A stretch of 64,000 bases of DNA from assembly GCA_963823665.1 (NCBI GenBank), contig CAWGMQ010000004.1:2624001-2688000 (forward strand), written 5' to 3'. Origin of the DNA: an uncultured Planctomycetota bacterium. Its GTDB lineage: Bacteria > Planctomycetota > Planctomycetia > Isosphaerales > Isosphaeraceae. Shown here in pieces: positions 51,873 to 62,221 of this stretch. How positions within the stretch are numbered: the first letter of the stretch is position 1; each line of letters begins with the position of its first letter. The notes under the pieces were generated by a model. The model saw only the letters and a program-made list of their open reading frames with translations. It ran no database searches and had not been told where the DNA came from. Both the position numbers and the translations under genes were made by a program.

Positions 51873-54664
51873 TAAAGCAGCCAGTGCCCGCATGGAACCA
51901 GAAGCGGTCGAACAAGAACAGCATCAACCAGGATGCCGACGACGAGCGCGAACCCGAGCTGGCGAAGCGAGCCCAGGGGACTGAGGATGAATGAGGCGAA
52001 GCTGCTGGCGGTGATCAGCGCGGCCGAGCTGATCAATCCGCCCGTCTGGCCGATCGCGCGGATAATACCGGTCCGCAAGCCATTTCGCCTCGATTCCTCG
52101 TTGAGCCTCGTCATCAAAAAGACGTTGTAGTCGACGCCCACGGCGATGAGGAGCACGAAGAGGAAATACGGCACTTTCCAGTCGAGGCCTTCCGCGCCCA
52201 AGAGAGTTACAAACACCAGATGGGTCGCTCCGAGCGCGAAGGCGTAGGTAAGTACCATGGTCGCCACCAAGTTGAGGCACGCGAGCGGGTCGCGGAGCGC
52301 GACGATCAAGACCAGGAACACGCCGATCGGAACGATGAACCAGCTCTGGACCTGATCGTTATAGGTCAGGGCCCGAATATCGGCTGATTCGGCGTTTGCG
52401 CCGGCAATCCTGGCGGTGACACGAATACCCTGATACTCGCTCAGATAGTCATTCAGCCTGTGCCTCAGGGTCAGGACCTGGTCCATCGCGTCGTGTGAGA
52501 ACATCCGGTCATCCTGGGTCAAGTCGATTCGCGCATGGCGACCGTCGGGCGCGATATAGGCGGCGAAGCTGCGCAGCAGCTCTGGATAGTCATTTACCGT
52601 TCGGTCGTCGACCAGAAGGCGATCGAGGGCTCGCCGCCCGACAGGATCGTTGAGGATGGCGGTTACTTCCCGGTTGGCCCGCAAGGCTCCGTCAGCGATC
52701 TGTGCGGCTCCGTCGGCGGCACGCAAGAGCTCCCGAAGCAGCGTCTCTTGTGGCTTCGGAGCGGAGGACTCTTGGGCAGGGTCCTGGCGCAACTCGCTTT
52801 GCGGCGTTTCCTGGCTGGCCCAGGTCGCGGCGCCGGTCGGAGCCGAACTTCTCGACTGGGCCATGCTCGGGAGCGAGTCAGTGCCCTTTCCGCTGTCTTT
52901 GACAGATTCAAACGCACGCTTGAGTGCCGGGAGATTCCAGGTGACGGGCATTCCAGGGCTGATCTGAAGCACGGCTCTAGCTTGTTTCAGGCCCGATGCC
53001 AGTGTCTCGCGGGTGTGGGCCCGGCTTATTGCGGCGTCGGATTTGGGCTCGATTGCGGGCATTGGTTTGCCGGTGAGCGTAAGCCCGGTCCTCTCTTCGA
53101 GCCAGAGCGCAGTCCGGAGCTTGACTGCTCCTTCAGCGAGACCCTTGTGGAGCAGTCCGGCACCGTCGGAGAGCTTTTGAAAGCCATCGTTGACCTCGCC
53201 CAGTCGCGAAGCCAAACGGGCACGTGCCAGGGGCTGCGGGCTACCCAAGGGCTGGGTCGCGGAGCGCACTTCGCTCAGCCGGCGCTGGTGCGCAAGCAGA
53301 CGGCTCACGTCATCGATCAAGGCCAAGCCTGTCGAGGAATGCAAGTCGGTGTCCGACTCGAGCACGACTGTCAACGGAGCGAGCATTCCCGGGTCGAACT
53401 TCGAGGCCACCAGGCCAAAATCGCGCACCGAGGCCGTGTCCTCTTGCATCTCGCTCAGAAGATCCTGAATAAAATGAGTTCGCAATCCCAAGATTGAGAG
53501 CGGCACCATTGCAAGCACTGTGAAGACCCAACTCCAGAGCGGACGCGCCATTACCGTGCGCCCGAGTCTGTCCCAGAACACCCTTCTTGTGCCGGCAAGT
53601 CCGTCGAACGATCGCGGATGAATCCGGGCCAGCAGTACCAGCAGGGCAGGGGTCAGCGTCAAGGTAGCGACCAAGGCCACCACCAGGCTTAGCGCCACGC
53701 TTGGTCCCGTGCTCGAAAACAACTTGAACCTGGTTGCCCCCATCAGCAGAAGCCCGATGATGATGGTGCCCGCGCTCGTGACCAGCGCCCCGACCGAACG
53801 CGCCAGCGTCACCCGCATCGAGGCAGCCGGCTTATTCGCATTCAAGTGCTCGGCGTACCGCCACGACAAGAACAGACAGAAATCGGTGCCGGTTCCGAAC
53901 AGAATCGCGATGAGGAAGAGCTCTACCAAGGGAGAGAGCTCCCAGCCCGCGAGCATCATCCAGGCCAGCATTCCGCGCGAGATCACCAGCGATGCGCCGA
54001 TCGTCGCGAGCGGGACGAGTGCCAGCCAGAATGAACGATAGACCGCCAGCAGCACGCACAAGAGCAACGCGACCGTTGCCACCGCTGCACGGTCCAGGGA
54101 GGTCTGAACGCTGGCCATGTAATCCCGGCCGATCACCGCGTCACCGGTCCACCGGATCTCGAGGCCCGGGGGAGGGGAAAAACCATCCTCTTTCAACTGG
54201 CGTTCCATCCAGGCGACCACGTCGTGAGATGCGGGCGCGACGAACGACGACGAAAGCATGGCCGCCACGAGTGAGACTGTTCCGTCCTCGCTCATCAGTC
54301 GCGCGGCGATCTCGGGCGTGGAATTTGGACCGAGGACGCTCGCGATTGCAACAGGTCGCCCCGCGCCCTGCAAGCGCTGCGCAAGACGGCTGGCATACTG
54401 GCGATCAGCCTCGGTGAGACCATCAGGCCGGTGCAAGATCACCACGGCCATTGCGTCGTACGCTTGGTCGGGCCAAGATCGATTGACCACTTCGGCTGCG
54501 CGCAGACTCTCTGCGTCCGCGGGAAGCATCGAGGCTTGAGCCTCAGCCGCCAGCCTGGTCAGATTCGGGGAAAAACAACCAATTGCCGCCGCCACGCCCA
54601 GCCAGATCGTCGTGACCCACGCCGGCCGTCGACTCACGAAAGTCCGAATCGCATCCTGCGCCAT
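51812..54664 (-). CDS. MMPL/RND family transporter
   Basis: Two MMPL halves: GTGTDFCLFL and AVGVDYNVFL. Confidence 0.92.
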   Translation of the reverse strand: MAQDAIRTFVSRRPAWVTTIWLGVAAAIGCFSPNLTRLAAEAQASMLPADAESLRAAEVVNRSWPDQAYDAMAVVILHRPDGLTEADRQYASRLAQRLQGAGRPVAIASVLGPNSTPEIAARLMSEDGTVSLVAAMLSSSFVAPASHDVVAWMERQLKEDGFSPPPGLEIRWTGDAVIGRDYMASVQTSLDRAAVATVALLLCVLLAVYRSFWLALVPLATIGASLVISRGMLAWMMLAGWELSPLVELFLIAILFGTGTDFCLFLSWRYAEHLNANKPAASMRVTLARSVGALVTSAGTIIIGLLLMGATRFKLFSSTGPSVALSLVVALVATLTLTPALLVLLARIHPRSFDGLAGTRRVFWDRLGRTVMARPLWSWVFTVLAMVPLSILGLRTHFIQDLLSEMQEDTASVRDFGLVASKFDPGMLAPLTVVLESDTDLHSSTGLALIDDVSRLLAHQRRLSEVRSATQPLGSPQPLARARLASRLGEVNDGFQKLSDGAGLLHKGLAEGAVKLRTALWLEERTGLTLTGKPMPAIEPKSDAAISRAHTRETLASGLKQARAVLQISPGMPVTWNLPALKRAFESVKDSGKGTDSLPSMAQSRSSAPTGAATWASQETPQSELRQDPAQESSAPKPQETLLRELLRAADGAAQIADGALRANREVTAILNDPVGRRALDRLLVDDRTVNDYPELLRSFAAYIAPDGRHARIDLTQDDRMFSHDAMDQVLTLRHRLNDYLSEYQGIRVTARIAGANAESADIRALTYNDQVQSWFIVPIGVFLVLIVALRDPLACLNLVATMVLTYAFALGATHLVFVTLLGAEGLDWKVPYFLFVLLIAVGVDYNVFLMTRLNEESRRNGLRTGIIRAIGQTGGLISSAALITASSFASFILSPLGSLRQLGFALVVGILVDAVLVRPLLVPCGHWLLYQLTRPRYSPVRVSTRTISP

Positions 54665-55100
54665 TACAATGTCACTCCTGTGACCGCCAGTCTTGTCACT
54701 ACTCAGTGTTGCCGTCGGGCCGGGCGACCCGTTTCTCCCGAGCGAGCCTGTGCGACACGTCGCAGTCACCAACAACACTCGCTCGGCAACGCCCCCGGAA
54801 GCGAATGAGCTTGGTGCGGAAGGGTCAACATCGCCCTTGTTTCAAGGAAGCGAAGATCAGGAATTTACAAAGATCGGGGAATCTAGGAAACATTTGATTC
54901 CTGGTGGGCTATTCACTATAGGCCTTTCGGCGCATGGATCAAGAACAGTATTCAGGCGGTTCCCCCGATCAAGAAACTGCGTGTGGGCGGTAACGGTGTA
55001 GGCTATTCAGGTCGGAGCGGCGCGTTTGGGCGCAACGACGAGCGGACGATTGTGCGGCAGTGCTATTGGTGGTGAGCGGGACCGAGTACGACGAGCGAGC

Positions 55101-55502
55101 TCAGCACGGTTTCTGCATCTCGACCAGTTGCCATTTGAAGCCGTCAGGATCTGTCACCGCGAACATGATCGCTCCCCAAGGTTGATGAGCCAAGTCGGTT
55201 GGTTGGGCGCCGGCGGCCTTGATTCGCTCATGCTGCTGCTGTGCATCGTCGATATGGAGAGCCAATTCAAAGCGTACGGGGGGTTTTGACGCGTCCTCCG
55301 CCGGCTGTAAGCCGATCCGCGAAGCGCCGACTCGCAACTCGGCATAATCGGGTTTTCCGGCTCCGCGCCATTCCTGCGAGGCGGTCTTTGATACCGGGTC
55401 CCAGTAGCCCTGGAAGTGGAAGCCGAAGACATCTTTGTAAAACCGAACGCTTTTCTCGACATCGGCCACGAACAAGTTCACCTGCAATGCTGGGTTGCTC
55501 AT
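55101..55502 (-). CDS. VOC/glyoxalase family protein
   Basis: LFVADVEKSVRFY..FGF, QPWG..VTDPDG. Confidence 0.9.
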   Translation of the reverse strand: MSNPALQVNLFVADVEKSVRFYKDVFGFHFQGYWDPVSKTASQEWRGAGKPDYAELRVGASRIGLQPAEDASKPPVRFELALHIDDAQQQHERIKAAGAQPTDLAHQPWGAIMFAVTDPDGFKWQLVEMQKPC

Positions 55503-55573
55503 GTTCTGTGTCCTTGTTTGATTCGACGAACTAATTCAAATGGGGACGGTGGCAATCGGTCTTGTTGCGAACT

Positions 55574-56011
55574 TCACCGGCTATCGTGGTGACAGGGAAC
55601 GACACGGTCTTCGAGGTTGGCGGCGAGTCGCTCGTGCACGATCCTTTTCCATCCTCCCGAGAGGAACAATCTGGTGAAAAAGCCGCTGATGCCCTTGAAG
55701 CCGGAGTGTTCCATGCGGAGCCGGGTGCCCTCGGCGACGGGTTCGAGGGTCCATGTGACGACCGTGTTGTGGCCGCCGCCGCCCCACGTGTAGGCCAGGC
55801 GTCTGGGCTCGTCGAGCTCGATGACCCGGCAACGCACGATTCCATCAAAGCCCGGCGCCGGCTTGGTGCGAAACGTAAATTCGTGGTGAAGAACGGGCTG
55901 GAAGTCGTTTTCCATGAGCCAGCCGGCCAGGGCCGAGCTGTCTGTCAAAGCCCTCCAAATTCGGTCGGGTGGATAGGCGAAGACTCGCTCCATGACAATC
56001 GGGCGGCTCAT
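55574..56011 (-). CDS. SRPBCC (AHSA1) domain protein
   Basis: IWRALTD..LAGW, EPRRLAYTW, GTRLRMEHSGF. Confidence 0.92.
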   Translation of the reverse strand: MSRPIVMERVFAYPPDRIWRALTDSSALAGWLMENDFQPVLHHEFTFRTKPAPGFDGIVRCRVIELDEPRRLAYTWGGGGHNTVVTWTLEPVAEGTRLRMEHSGFKGISGFFTRLFLSGGWKRIVHERLAANLEDRVVPCHHDSR

Positions 56012-56331
56012 TCGTTCTCCTTCAGGTGCGTTTCAAGAGCATCGAAGCGCTCGGCCCAGAATGCCTTGTAGACGGCCACCCAATCGTGCACGGGCTGAAG
56101 TGACCGGGCATGAAGACGATAGAATCGGTGCCTGCCGGCTTGCCGTACCTTCACGAGACCGACCTCTCGCAGCACGCGCAAGTGTTGAGAGATCGCCGGA
56201 ATCGAGACGGCGAAATCGCTCGCCAGCTCGGTGACGCTGCGGTCCCCCGCCCGTAGAATTTCCACGAGCTTTCGCCTGGTCGGGTCGGCGATCGCGGTAA
56301 AGATGTCCGGGTGTGCGAGCGGTCGAACCAT
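56008..56331 (-). CDS. ArsR/SmtB family transcriptional regulator
   Basis: FTAIADPTRR, SIPAISQHLRVLREVGLV. Confidence 0.95.
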   Translation of the reverse strand: MVRPLAHPDIFTAIADPTRRKLVEILRAGDRSVTELASDFAVSIPAISQHLRVLREVGLVKVRQAGRHRFYRLHARSLQPVHDWVAVYKAFWAERFDALETHLKENE

Positions 56332-56365
56332 GGAGTAAGTTTAAGTTGTTACTTAAGTTTGTCAA
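56332..56365 (-). promoter_or_regulatory. Sigma70 promoter with an operator palindrome; likely leaderless
   Basis: TTGACA(56365-56360)-16 bp-TAAACT(56343-56338)-6 nt-ATG; TTAAGT-N4-ACTTAA at 56341-56356. Confidence 0.75.
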
Positions 56366-56582
56366 GGGCTGGTGCCAGAGTGAGGCGTATCCGGCTGCTG
56401 GGATTGGTTCGGACATCAAATCCCGGCGGTTCGAGCGAAGTCCTGGCGCGTCACGAACATGCTGTTGCCAGACCCGCATGATTCTGCTATCAAACCCGTC
56501 CCCTCCCGTGCGAGGTCATCGAGTTCGACAAAATGGAGTGAGTGTGCCCGCGGGCTCGGGTGATCTCCTTCTTCGATTGAAG

Positions 56583-56996
56583 ATGGCCCCCGCGCAGCAA
56601 AAGACCACCGAGCCAGCGCCGGCCGTCCCGCGGTCCGCCTCCAAGCCCGTCGATTCCACCGCCGACAAGGACGAACAGATCAGGAAGACGATCGTCGGTG
56701 CCGGGTCGTTGAACGACTCGCAGGGCAACTTGAGCCTGGTTTTCCGTGCTGACGGCACGTTTGCGGCGACCCGGACGTGGCGGAGTGGCCTCAAGCGATT
56801 ATTTGAGGGGGACACCACGACTTCCGAAGGGCGCTGGACCTACAGTCGCGGGCTTCTGGACGCATTCGTCACGAGCACCATGGACCCCAAGCTGCTAGCC
56901 CGTAACTATAACTACTGGGTCCAGTCGGTCGGTGACAATACGATCGTCGTGAAAACGCTCTTCGGTCAGCTCCGCACGGCGCGCCGGCTTCGCTGA
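56583..56996 (+). CDS. Hypothetical protein or C-terminal gene fragment
   Basis: LVFRADGTF..EGRWTY beta-barrel-like segment; no clear start signal. Confidence 0.45.
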   Translation: MAPAQQKTTEPAPAVPRSASKPVDSTADKDEQIRKTIVGAGSLNDSQGNLSLVFRADGTFAATRTWRSGLKRLFEGDTTTSEGRWTYSRGLLDAFVTSTMDPKLLARNYNYWVQSVGDNTIVVKTLFGQLRTARRLR

Positions 56997-57041
56997 TTCT
57001 TCGCTGACGTGTCGGGGTTGGCGGGCCGGAGCTGGTTTTAA

Positions 57042-57410
57042 TCAGTCGCAGGCCAAAGCCTGGAGCGAGGATTCCTCGTCGTCGTCGATCTCAACGACGA
57101 GAGGAAGACCAACGATGTCGCCCCCGACTCGCACGTCGCGGTGCATGTTGCAGAAGCGCACCGGGCGGCCTCGCTCCTTGGCGTATTTCACGAGCTTGAA
57201 AAGCGCCGCATATCCCATGCTGCTGAAGTGCCTCGCGCAGCTCAAATTCAACAGAATCGGACTGCTCTGGTCCTGCTCGACGACCGCCATGAGCTCGGCG
57301 ATGAACTCCTTCGCCAGGTCTGGGCCTTGAATGTCCTTGCACGTGAGCTCGATGACCACGACACCATGGGGATTTCGCAGGCGGAAGTGTTTGAATTCAG
57401 GAGTAAACAT
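57042..57410 (-). CDS. STAS-domain anti-sigma factor antagonist
   Basis: ILLNLS..HFSSMG..LFKL..VRFCN. Confidence 0.85.
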   Translation of the reverse strand: MFTPEFKHFRLRNPHGVVVIELTCKDIQGPDLAKEFIAELMAVVEQDQSSPILLNLSCARHFSSMGYAALFKLVKYAKERGRPVRFCNMHRDVRVGGDIVGLPLVVEIDDDEESSLQALACD

Positions 57411-57509
57411 CACCGGGCCCTTTGTGGCGTATCTTTCGGGTTGTCGACGGCAAGACACATGACCGTCGATGAAAAATAGCTTCTCGATTCTGACGATCCG
57501 AGCCTTCAA

Positions 57510-58067
57510 TCAGCCGAAGACCCAGCTCACGTCGACTCGCCAGCCGGGAAGGTGGGGCTCGGCGTCGGCGATCTGGCCTTTCACGAGCGTGTGGGGCGTG
57601 GTGGGGCTCTCGGATCGGTAAACGTGAATGCATTCGGCAACGGGATCGACGTCCCATACTACCTGGCTTCCGGCCTCGAAATAGTCGGCGCGCTTCGCGG
57701 CCATCTCTTCCTCGGCGGATGTGCCGTAATCACCTTCGCTACGAACTTCGACGGCTAGAAGCGGAGGCCCATCGACGAAGCGCATCGGATCAGGAGGGAA
57801 TGGTCCAAGATGGACGGAGGCATCGAGGGCGAAGGATTCGCGACCGGAGGAGAGCCGGGGAACAGCGAATCCGAAGTTGTCGGGAAATGCCTCGCCGTGC
57901 CCGGTCGACGTGACGTAGTCGTCGAGGCTGCGGTAGATGCGGCCCCCGACGCGACCCGGTTTTCGGCCGGTTGGCATGAGCAAGATGATCCTTCCGTCGA
58001 TCAACTCGGCTTTGTCAGAGACGCGGGCGAGGTCGTCGAGCGTTGCAGGGGTTTGAACGGTTGCCAT
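57510..58067 (-). CDS. Uma2 (DUF820) family endonuclease-like protein
   Basis: AELIDG, PLLAVEVRS, KRADYFEAG..VW.VDP. Confidence 0.92.
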   Translation of the reverse strand: MATVQTPATLDDLARVSDKAELIDGRIILLMPTGRKPGRVGGRIYRSLDDYVTSTGHGEAFPDNFGFAVPRLSSGRESFALDASVHLGPFPPDPMRFVDGPPLLAVEVRSEGDYGTSAEEEMAAKRADYFEAGSQVVWDVDPVAECIHVYRSESPTTPHTLVKGQIADAEPHLPGWRVDVSWVFG

Positions 58068-58240
58068 CACGGGATCCCAATACGCGTGAATTTCCGCGAG
58101 CGCGCGGCGGTATCAGTTCATTATACATTTCCAATGCTCGCGCCGCGGGTTGATTTCCCAGGGTGCCCGGTCCAAAATGATTGCACGCCCGGCCATCGTG
58201 CCGGCGCCGCGCGAGCTTGCCCCGTCGGAGTCAGTCGTCA

Positions 58241-59752
58241 ATGAACTCGTTCAACGCCCAGGAATTCGGGTTTGAGGATCCGCCACCACGACCCACGACG
58301 CCTCCGGTGCGCCGGGGATTCCTGGTGGTGCTCTTTGTCCTCTGCGTGGCGGCGCTGGCTGTATATGGGTCGATTTACGTTACCGAGCGGATCAGCTATG
58401 CCTGGGAAGCTGGCCGTGCTCGCGCGGATGCCGAAGTGCTGGCGAAGCTTGACCAAGGGGAAATCGTCAATCGCGCTTCGCTCCTCTTCCGGATGGCAAC
58501 CAACTCCGTGTCACCGGCGGTGGTGAAGGTTCAGTCGCTCCGGTTGAGACGAGGGGGCGACGGAGTGCCCGGGCTGCCGATTGCCGGGGGCAACCGGTTG
58601 TCGCCCGGTTTGCAGAGCGCGGAGCTTGGCTCAGGGGTGATCATCGACAAGGCGCGGGGGTATATCGTCACGAACAACCACGTCGTGAGAGATGCCGACC
58701 GGATCATCGTGCGGCTGGGCCCGCGCAACGACGTGCCGGCCGACCTGGTGGGCGAAGACCCCAAATCGGACCTGGCGGTGATCAGGGTGAAGGCCGATCT
58801 GGCCGTGGAGGCCCAGTGGGGCGATTCGGAAAAGCTCGAGATCGGGGAGTGGGTGCTGGCGATTGGCAGCCCGCTCGGCCTGGACCGCTCGGTCACGGCG
58901 GGGATTGTGTCCGCGACCGAGCGAAACGACGTCGGATCCTCGGAGTATCAATCCTATATCCAGACCGACGCCGCGATCAATCCAGGCAACTCCGGCGGAC
59001 CGCTCATCAACCTGGCGGGGAAGGTTGTCGGGATCAACACGGCCATCATCAGTCAGTCGGGCGGCTATGAGGGAATCGGGCTGGCCATTCCTTCGGCGAT
59101 GGCGCGTCGCGTCGTCGAAAGCTTGATCAAGGAGGGCAAAGTCGTCCGCGGATATCTCGGGGTTTTCATCAAGGCGATCGACAAGGCAGAGGCGGACAAG
59201 CTGGGCCTTCCAAGTAATCGCGGAGCGCTTATTACCGAGGTGCAGCCCGACGGCCCGGCCGACCGCGCGGGCCTGAAGGCGAACGACGTCGTGGTGAAGC
59301 TCGCCGGGCATGAAATCGCCGATCCCAGCGGTTTAAAGAACGTGACCTCGAGCCTCGACGTCGGCGCGGAGGTTGCGGTGCAGTTCTATCGTGCAGGCGA
59401 AGCGAAGTCGGTACAGGTCAAGATCGTGGAAATGCCACCTGCCCCTGAGGTACTGGCGATATTCGGGTTCGGCGTTCGTGAACGCCGGGACACCGGCGAC
59501 GGTCAAGGCCCAGCGATCGAGGTTGACCAGGTGATTACCGGTGGTCCCGCGTTCGTGGAGAAACTGCGCCCTGAGACGCGGATTCTGGCCGTCGGCGACA
59601 GACCGCCGGTTCCGGTGAGAACGCTTCTGGAATTCGAAGTCGCCGTGAAAAAGATCGATGTGAGGCGAGGTCTGCCATTGATCGTGCAATCGGGGGAAGG
59701 CCAACCCCGCGCCGTGCGGCTCTCGAGCAGCCGATTCCGGGACCAACCGTAA
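58241..59752 (+). CDS. HtrA/DegP-like serine protease with PDZ domains
   Basis: TM anchor, GSGVI, TNNHV, DLAVI, IQTDAAINPGNSGG, PDZ. Confidence 0.95.
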   Translation: MNSFNAQEFGFEDPPPRPTTPPVRRGFLVVLFVLCVAALAVYGSIYVTERISYAWEAGRARADAEVLAKLDQGEIVNRASLLFRMATNSVSPAVVKVQSLRLRRGGDGVPGLPIAGGNRLSPGLQSAELGSGVIIDKARGYIVTNNHVVRDADRIIVRLGPRNDVPADLVGEDPKSDLAVIRVKADLAVEAQWGDSEKLEIGEWVLAIGSPLGLDRSVTAGIVSATERNDVGSSEYQSYIQTDAAINPGNSGGPLINLAGKVVGINTAIISQSGGYEGIGLAIPSAMARRVVESLIKEGKVVRGYLGVFIKAIDKAEADKLGLPSNRGALITEVQPDGPADRAGLKANDVVVKLAGHEIADPSGLKNVTSSLDVGAEVAVQFYRAGEAKSVQVKIVEMPPAPEVLAIFGFGVRERRDTGDGQGPAIEVDQVITGGPAFVEKLRPETRILAVGDRPPVPVRTLLEFEVAVKKIDVRRGLPLIVQSGEGQPRAVRLSSSRFRDQP

Positions 59753-60101
59753 TCGAGAAGGAAGTGCGGTTCATCGCGGGAACGGTGAAAGCGGCCGTCG
59801 CACTGGTTCGCGCGGCGCCGCATGCAAGATCCGATGAATCACATCGCAATCCGGTCCCACTAGGACTTGACTTAGACACTTGGTTTGCAAGACGCCAATG
59901 GGTAGGCGATTCCGAGAATGTGAGGAAATGGATAAGGAATTCTGACGCGCGGAAAGGTGGATGAGGGGATGTGAAATGGAGTGATCTGGCGATGGAAGCG
60001 AGTGTAGGGGTGGGGTCGGCGAGCCCCTTGATGTTACTTAAATGCTAAAATCGTGCCGTTTTACAAAGACGACCAAGTTGTCGGCAGAGAGCCTCCAAAA
60101 C

Positions 60102-60129
60102 TTGACCATAAGTTGGGGAGGGTTATAAT
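60102..60129 (+). promoter_or_regulatory. Sigma70 promoter of dnaG-rpoD
   Basis: TTGACC-16 bp-TATAAT. Confidence 0.7.
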
Positions 60130-60256
60130 TTGGTTGAAATCGCCGCCGACCAAGGGGCGTGGTTGTGTGGGGGTTTCGTGAGGTCGGACACTTTGTTCGG
60201 CTCTGGGGACTTGGACATTGGAGCCGGGCCTGAGCCCTTACGGTCAGGAGTTCCCG

Positions 60257-62181
60257 GTGCCCCGCCACTCCGAAGCGACTAAATCCGCCATTAAAGACCG
60301 GACTGATATTGTCGCCTTGGTGGGCGAGTATCTCGCCTTGCGCCGGGTGGGATCCAAGTACAAGGCGCTCTGTCCGTGGCATAACGACCGTAATCCGTCC
60401 CTTGAAGTGAACCCCGAGCGCCAGTCGTTCAAGTGCTGGGTGTGCGGAGTGGGGGGGGACGTGTTCGATTTCGTGAAGAATTACGAGCGCGTTGAGTTTC
60501 CCGAGGCGTTGCGCATGCTGGCCGAGCGAGCGGGGGTTACCCTGGAGAGCACAACGTCGACGGCATCGGCGACGCAGGGTCCTTCGAAGACGCAGCTTTA
60601 TGAGGTGCACGCGTGGGCAGAGGAGATTTTTGCCAAGCAGCTTTCGGTTGCGGCGACGGTTCAAGATTATCTTGACCAGAGGGGATTGACGCGGCAGAGT
60701 ATCGAGCGCTTTCGACTGGGATATGCTCCGGTTGAGCGCGGCTGGCTTCTGGCGGAGGCGAGGCGTAAGCGCTACAGCATTGATCTGCTCGTCGAGGCGG
60801 GACTTGCTTCGCATCCCTCTGAACCTGGCGGCTCGGTGCGCGAGCGGTTTTGGGGGCGGCTGATTTTCCCGATCCACGATGACCGCGGGCGTGCGATCGC
60901 ATTCGGCGGAAGAGTTTTGCCGGAGGTCGAAGAAAAGCAAGCCAGCCAGGGCAAGGGTGTCGCCAAGTATCTGAATAGCCCCGAGACGGTTTTATTTCAC
61001 AAACGAACGGTGTTGTACGCGGCTGACCTGGCTCGAACGGCGAGCCGGGAAGCCGGTTGGGTTGCGGTGGTTGAGGGATACACGGATGTCATCGCCGCGC
61101 ACCAGGTAGGGCTTTCCAATGTTGTGGGGACGCTAGGCACTGCGCTGGGAGAGGACCATCTTCGAGCGCTGCGACGGCTGGCTGATCGAGTGGTGCTGGT
61201 TTACGACGCCGATGCCGCGGGGCAGTTGGCGGCCGATCGTGCCCTTGAATTCTTCCTGGGAAGCGACTTCGACTTGAGGGTGCTCACACTGCCGGCGAAT
61301 CTTGACCCATGTGACTTTCTTCTTGATGAAGGGGCCGAGGCGTTTCGCAGGCTGGTTGAGCAAGCTGCGGATCCGCTTTCCTACCTGCTGTCTCGAGCGA
61401 CCGTGCGTTTCGAGCTGGGGACGCCGGAGGGATCGCGGCGGGCTGCTGAATGGATTCTTGGGCTGATGAACAACATTCCGGCGACGCATCAGATCGGTCT
61501 GGAAGTCAAACAGGCCAAGTTGCTTGACACCCTATCACAGCGGCTTCGGGTGCCGATCGACGTGCTCAATCGTATGCGACGGCAGTTGCGGCGGCCGGCG
61601 GCCAATTCGGCCCCGGCCAAGCTTGAGCCGGCGATGGCAGTCGCCTCGGAGCAAATGGGGAGGCCGGCGATCCGTCGCCAGGGGCGAGCAACATTCGCCA
61701 GAACGAACTGAACCGCACCGATCTGGAGTTGATCCAGGTCGTGCTCGGGGAGCCGGAGGCAATCAAATGGCTGTTGCCGCGGCTGTGCCCGTCGGCCCTC
61801 AAAGATGCACCTGTGCGGGAAATCCTTCAGTTGTGCTACGACCTTCAGAACGAAGGTGAAACTCCGAGCTACGAGAATCTCATGGTCCGGCTCGAAGATC
61901 CGGCGATCCGCTCGTTGGCGGCAAGCTTGATCGCCGAGTCGGCCCTGAGCACGCCCGATCCGGCCAGGTTCCCGGACAGCGTGCATTTTCGTCCTGCTCC
62001 CTGGCGTGAGCGGCTTGATCGGATCTTGCTTGTGCTTGGCGAGCGCGAGCGGCAGGCTCGGTTGAACGAGTTGAAACGCTCGCTTGACGAGACTGATCAA
62101 CATGCCAACGCAGATGCTTATCGTGCGATATAATTGGAATATCTACGACTCTTAACCAGCGGTCGGACACGCAAATCCTAG
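60257..62181 (+). CDS. dnaG: DNA primase, indel near 61640 and in-frame TAA at 62131
   Basis: CPWH..CWVC zinc finger, RLIFPI, KYLNSPET, VEGYTD, YDAD, DPCD. Confidence 0.95.
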
Positions 62182-62221
62182 CGGGTCGGGATCCGTCGTT
62201 TTGTGCGGGGGAGGATTTGGG

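Noticed and set aside
59760..60250. ncRNA or replication origin upstream of dnaG
   Set aside because: No DnaA boxes or recognisable RNA fold; only a sigma70 promoter is supportable.
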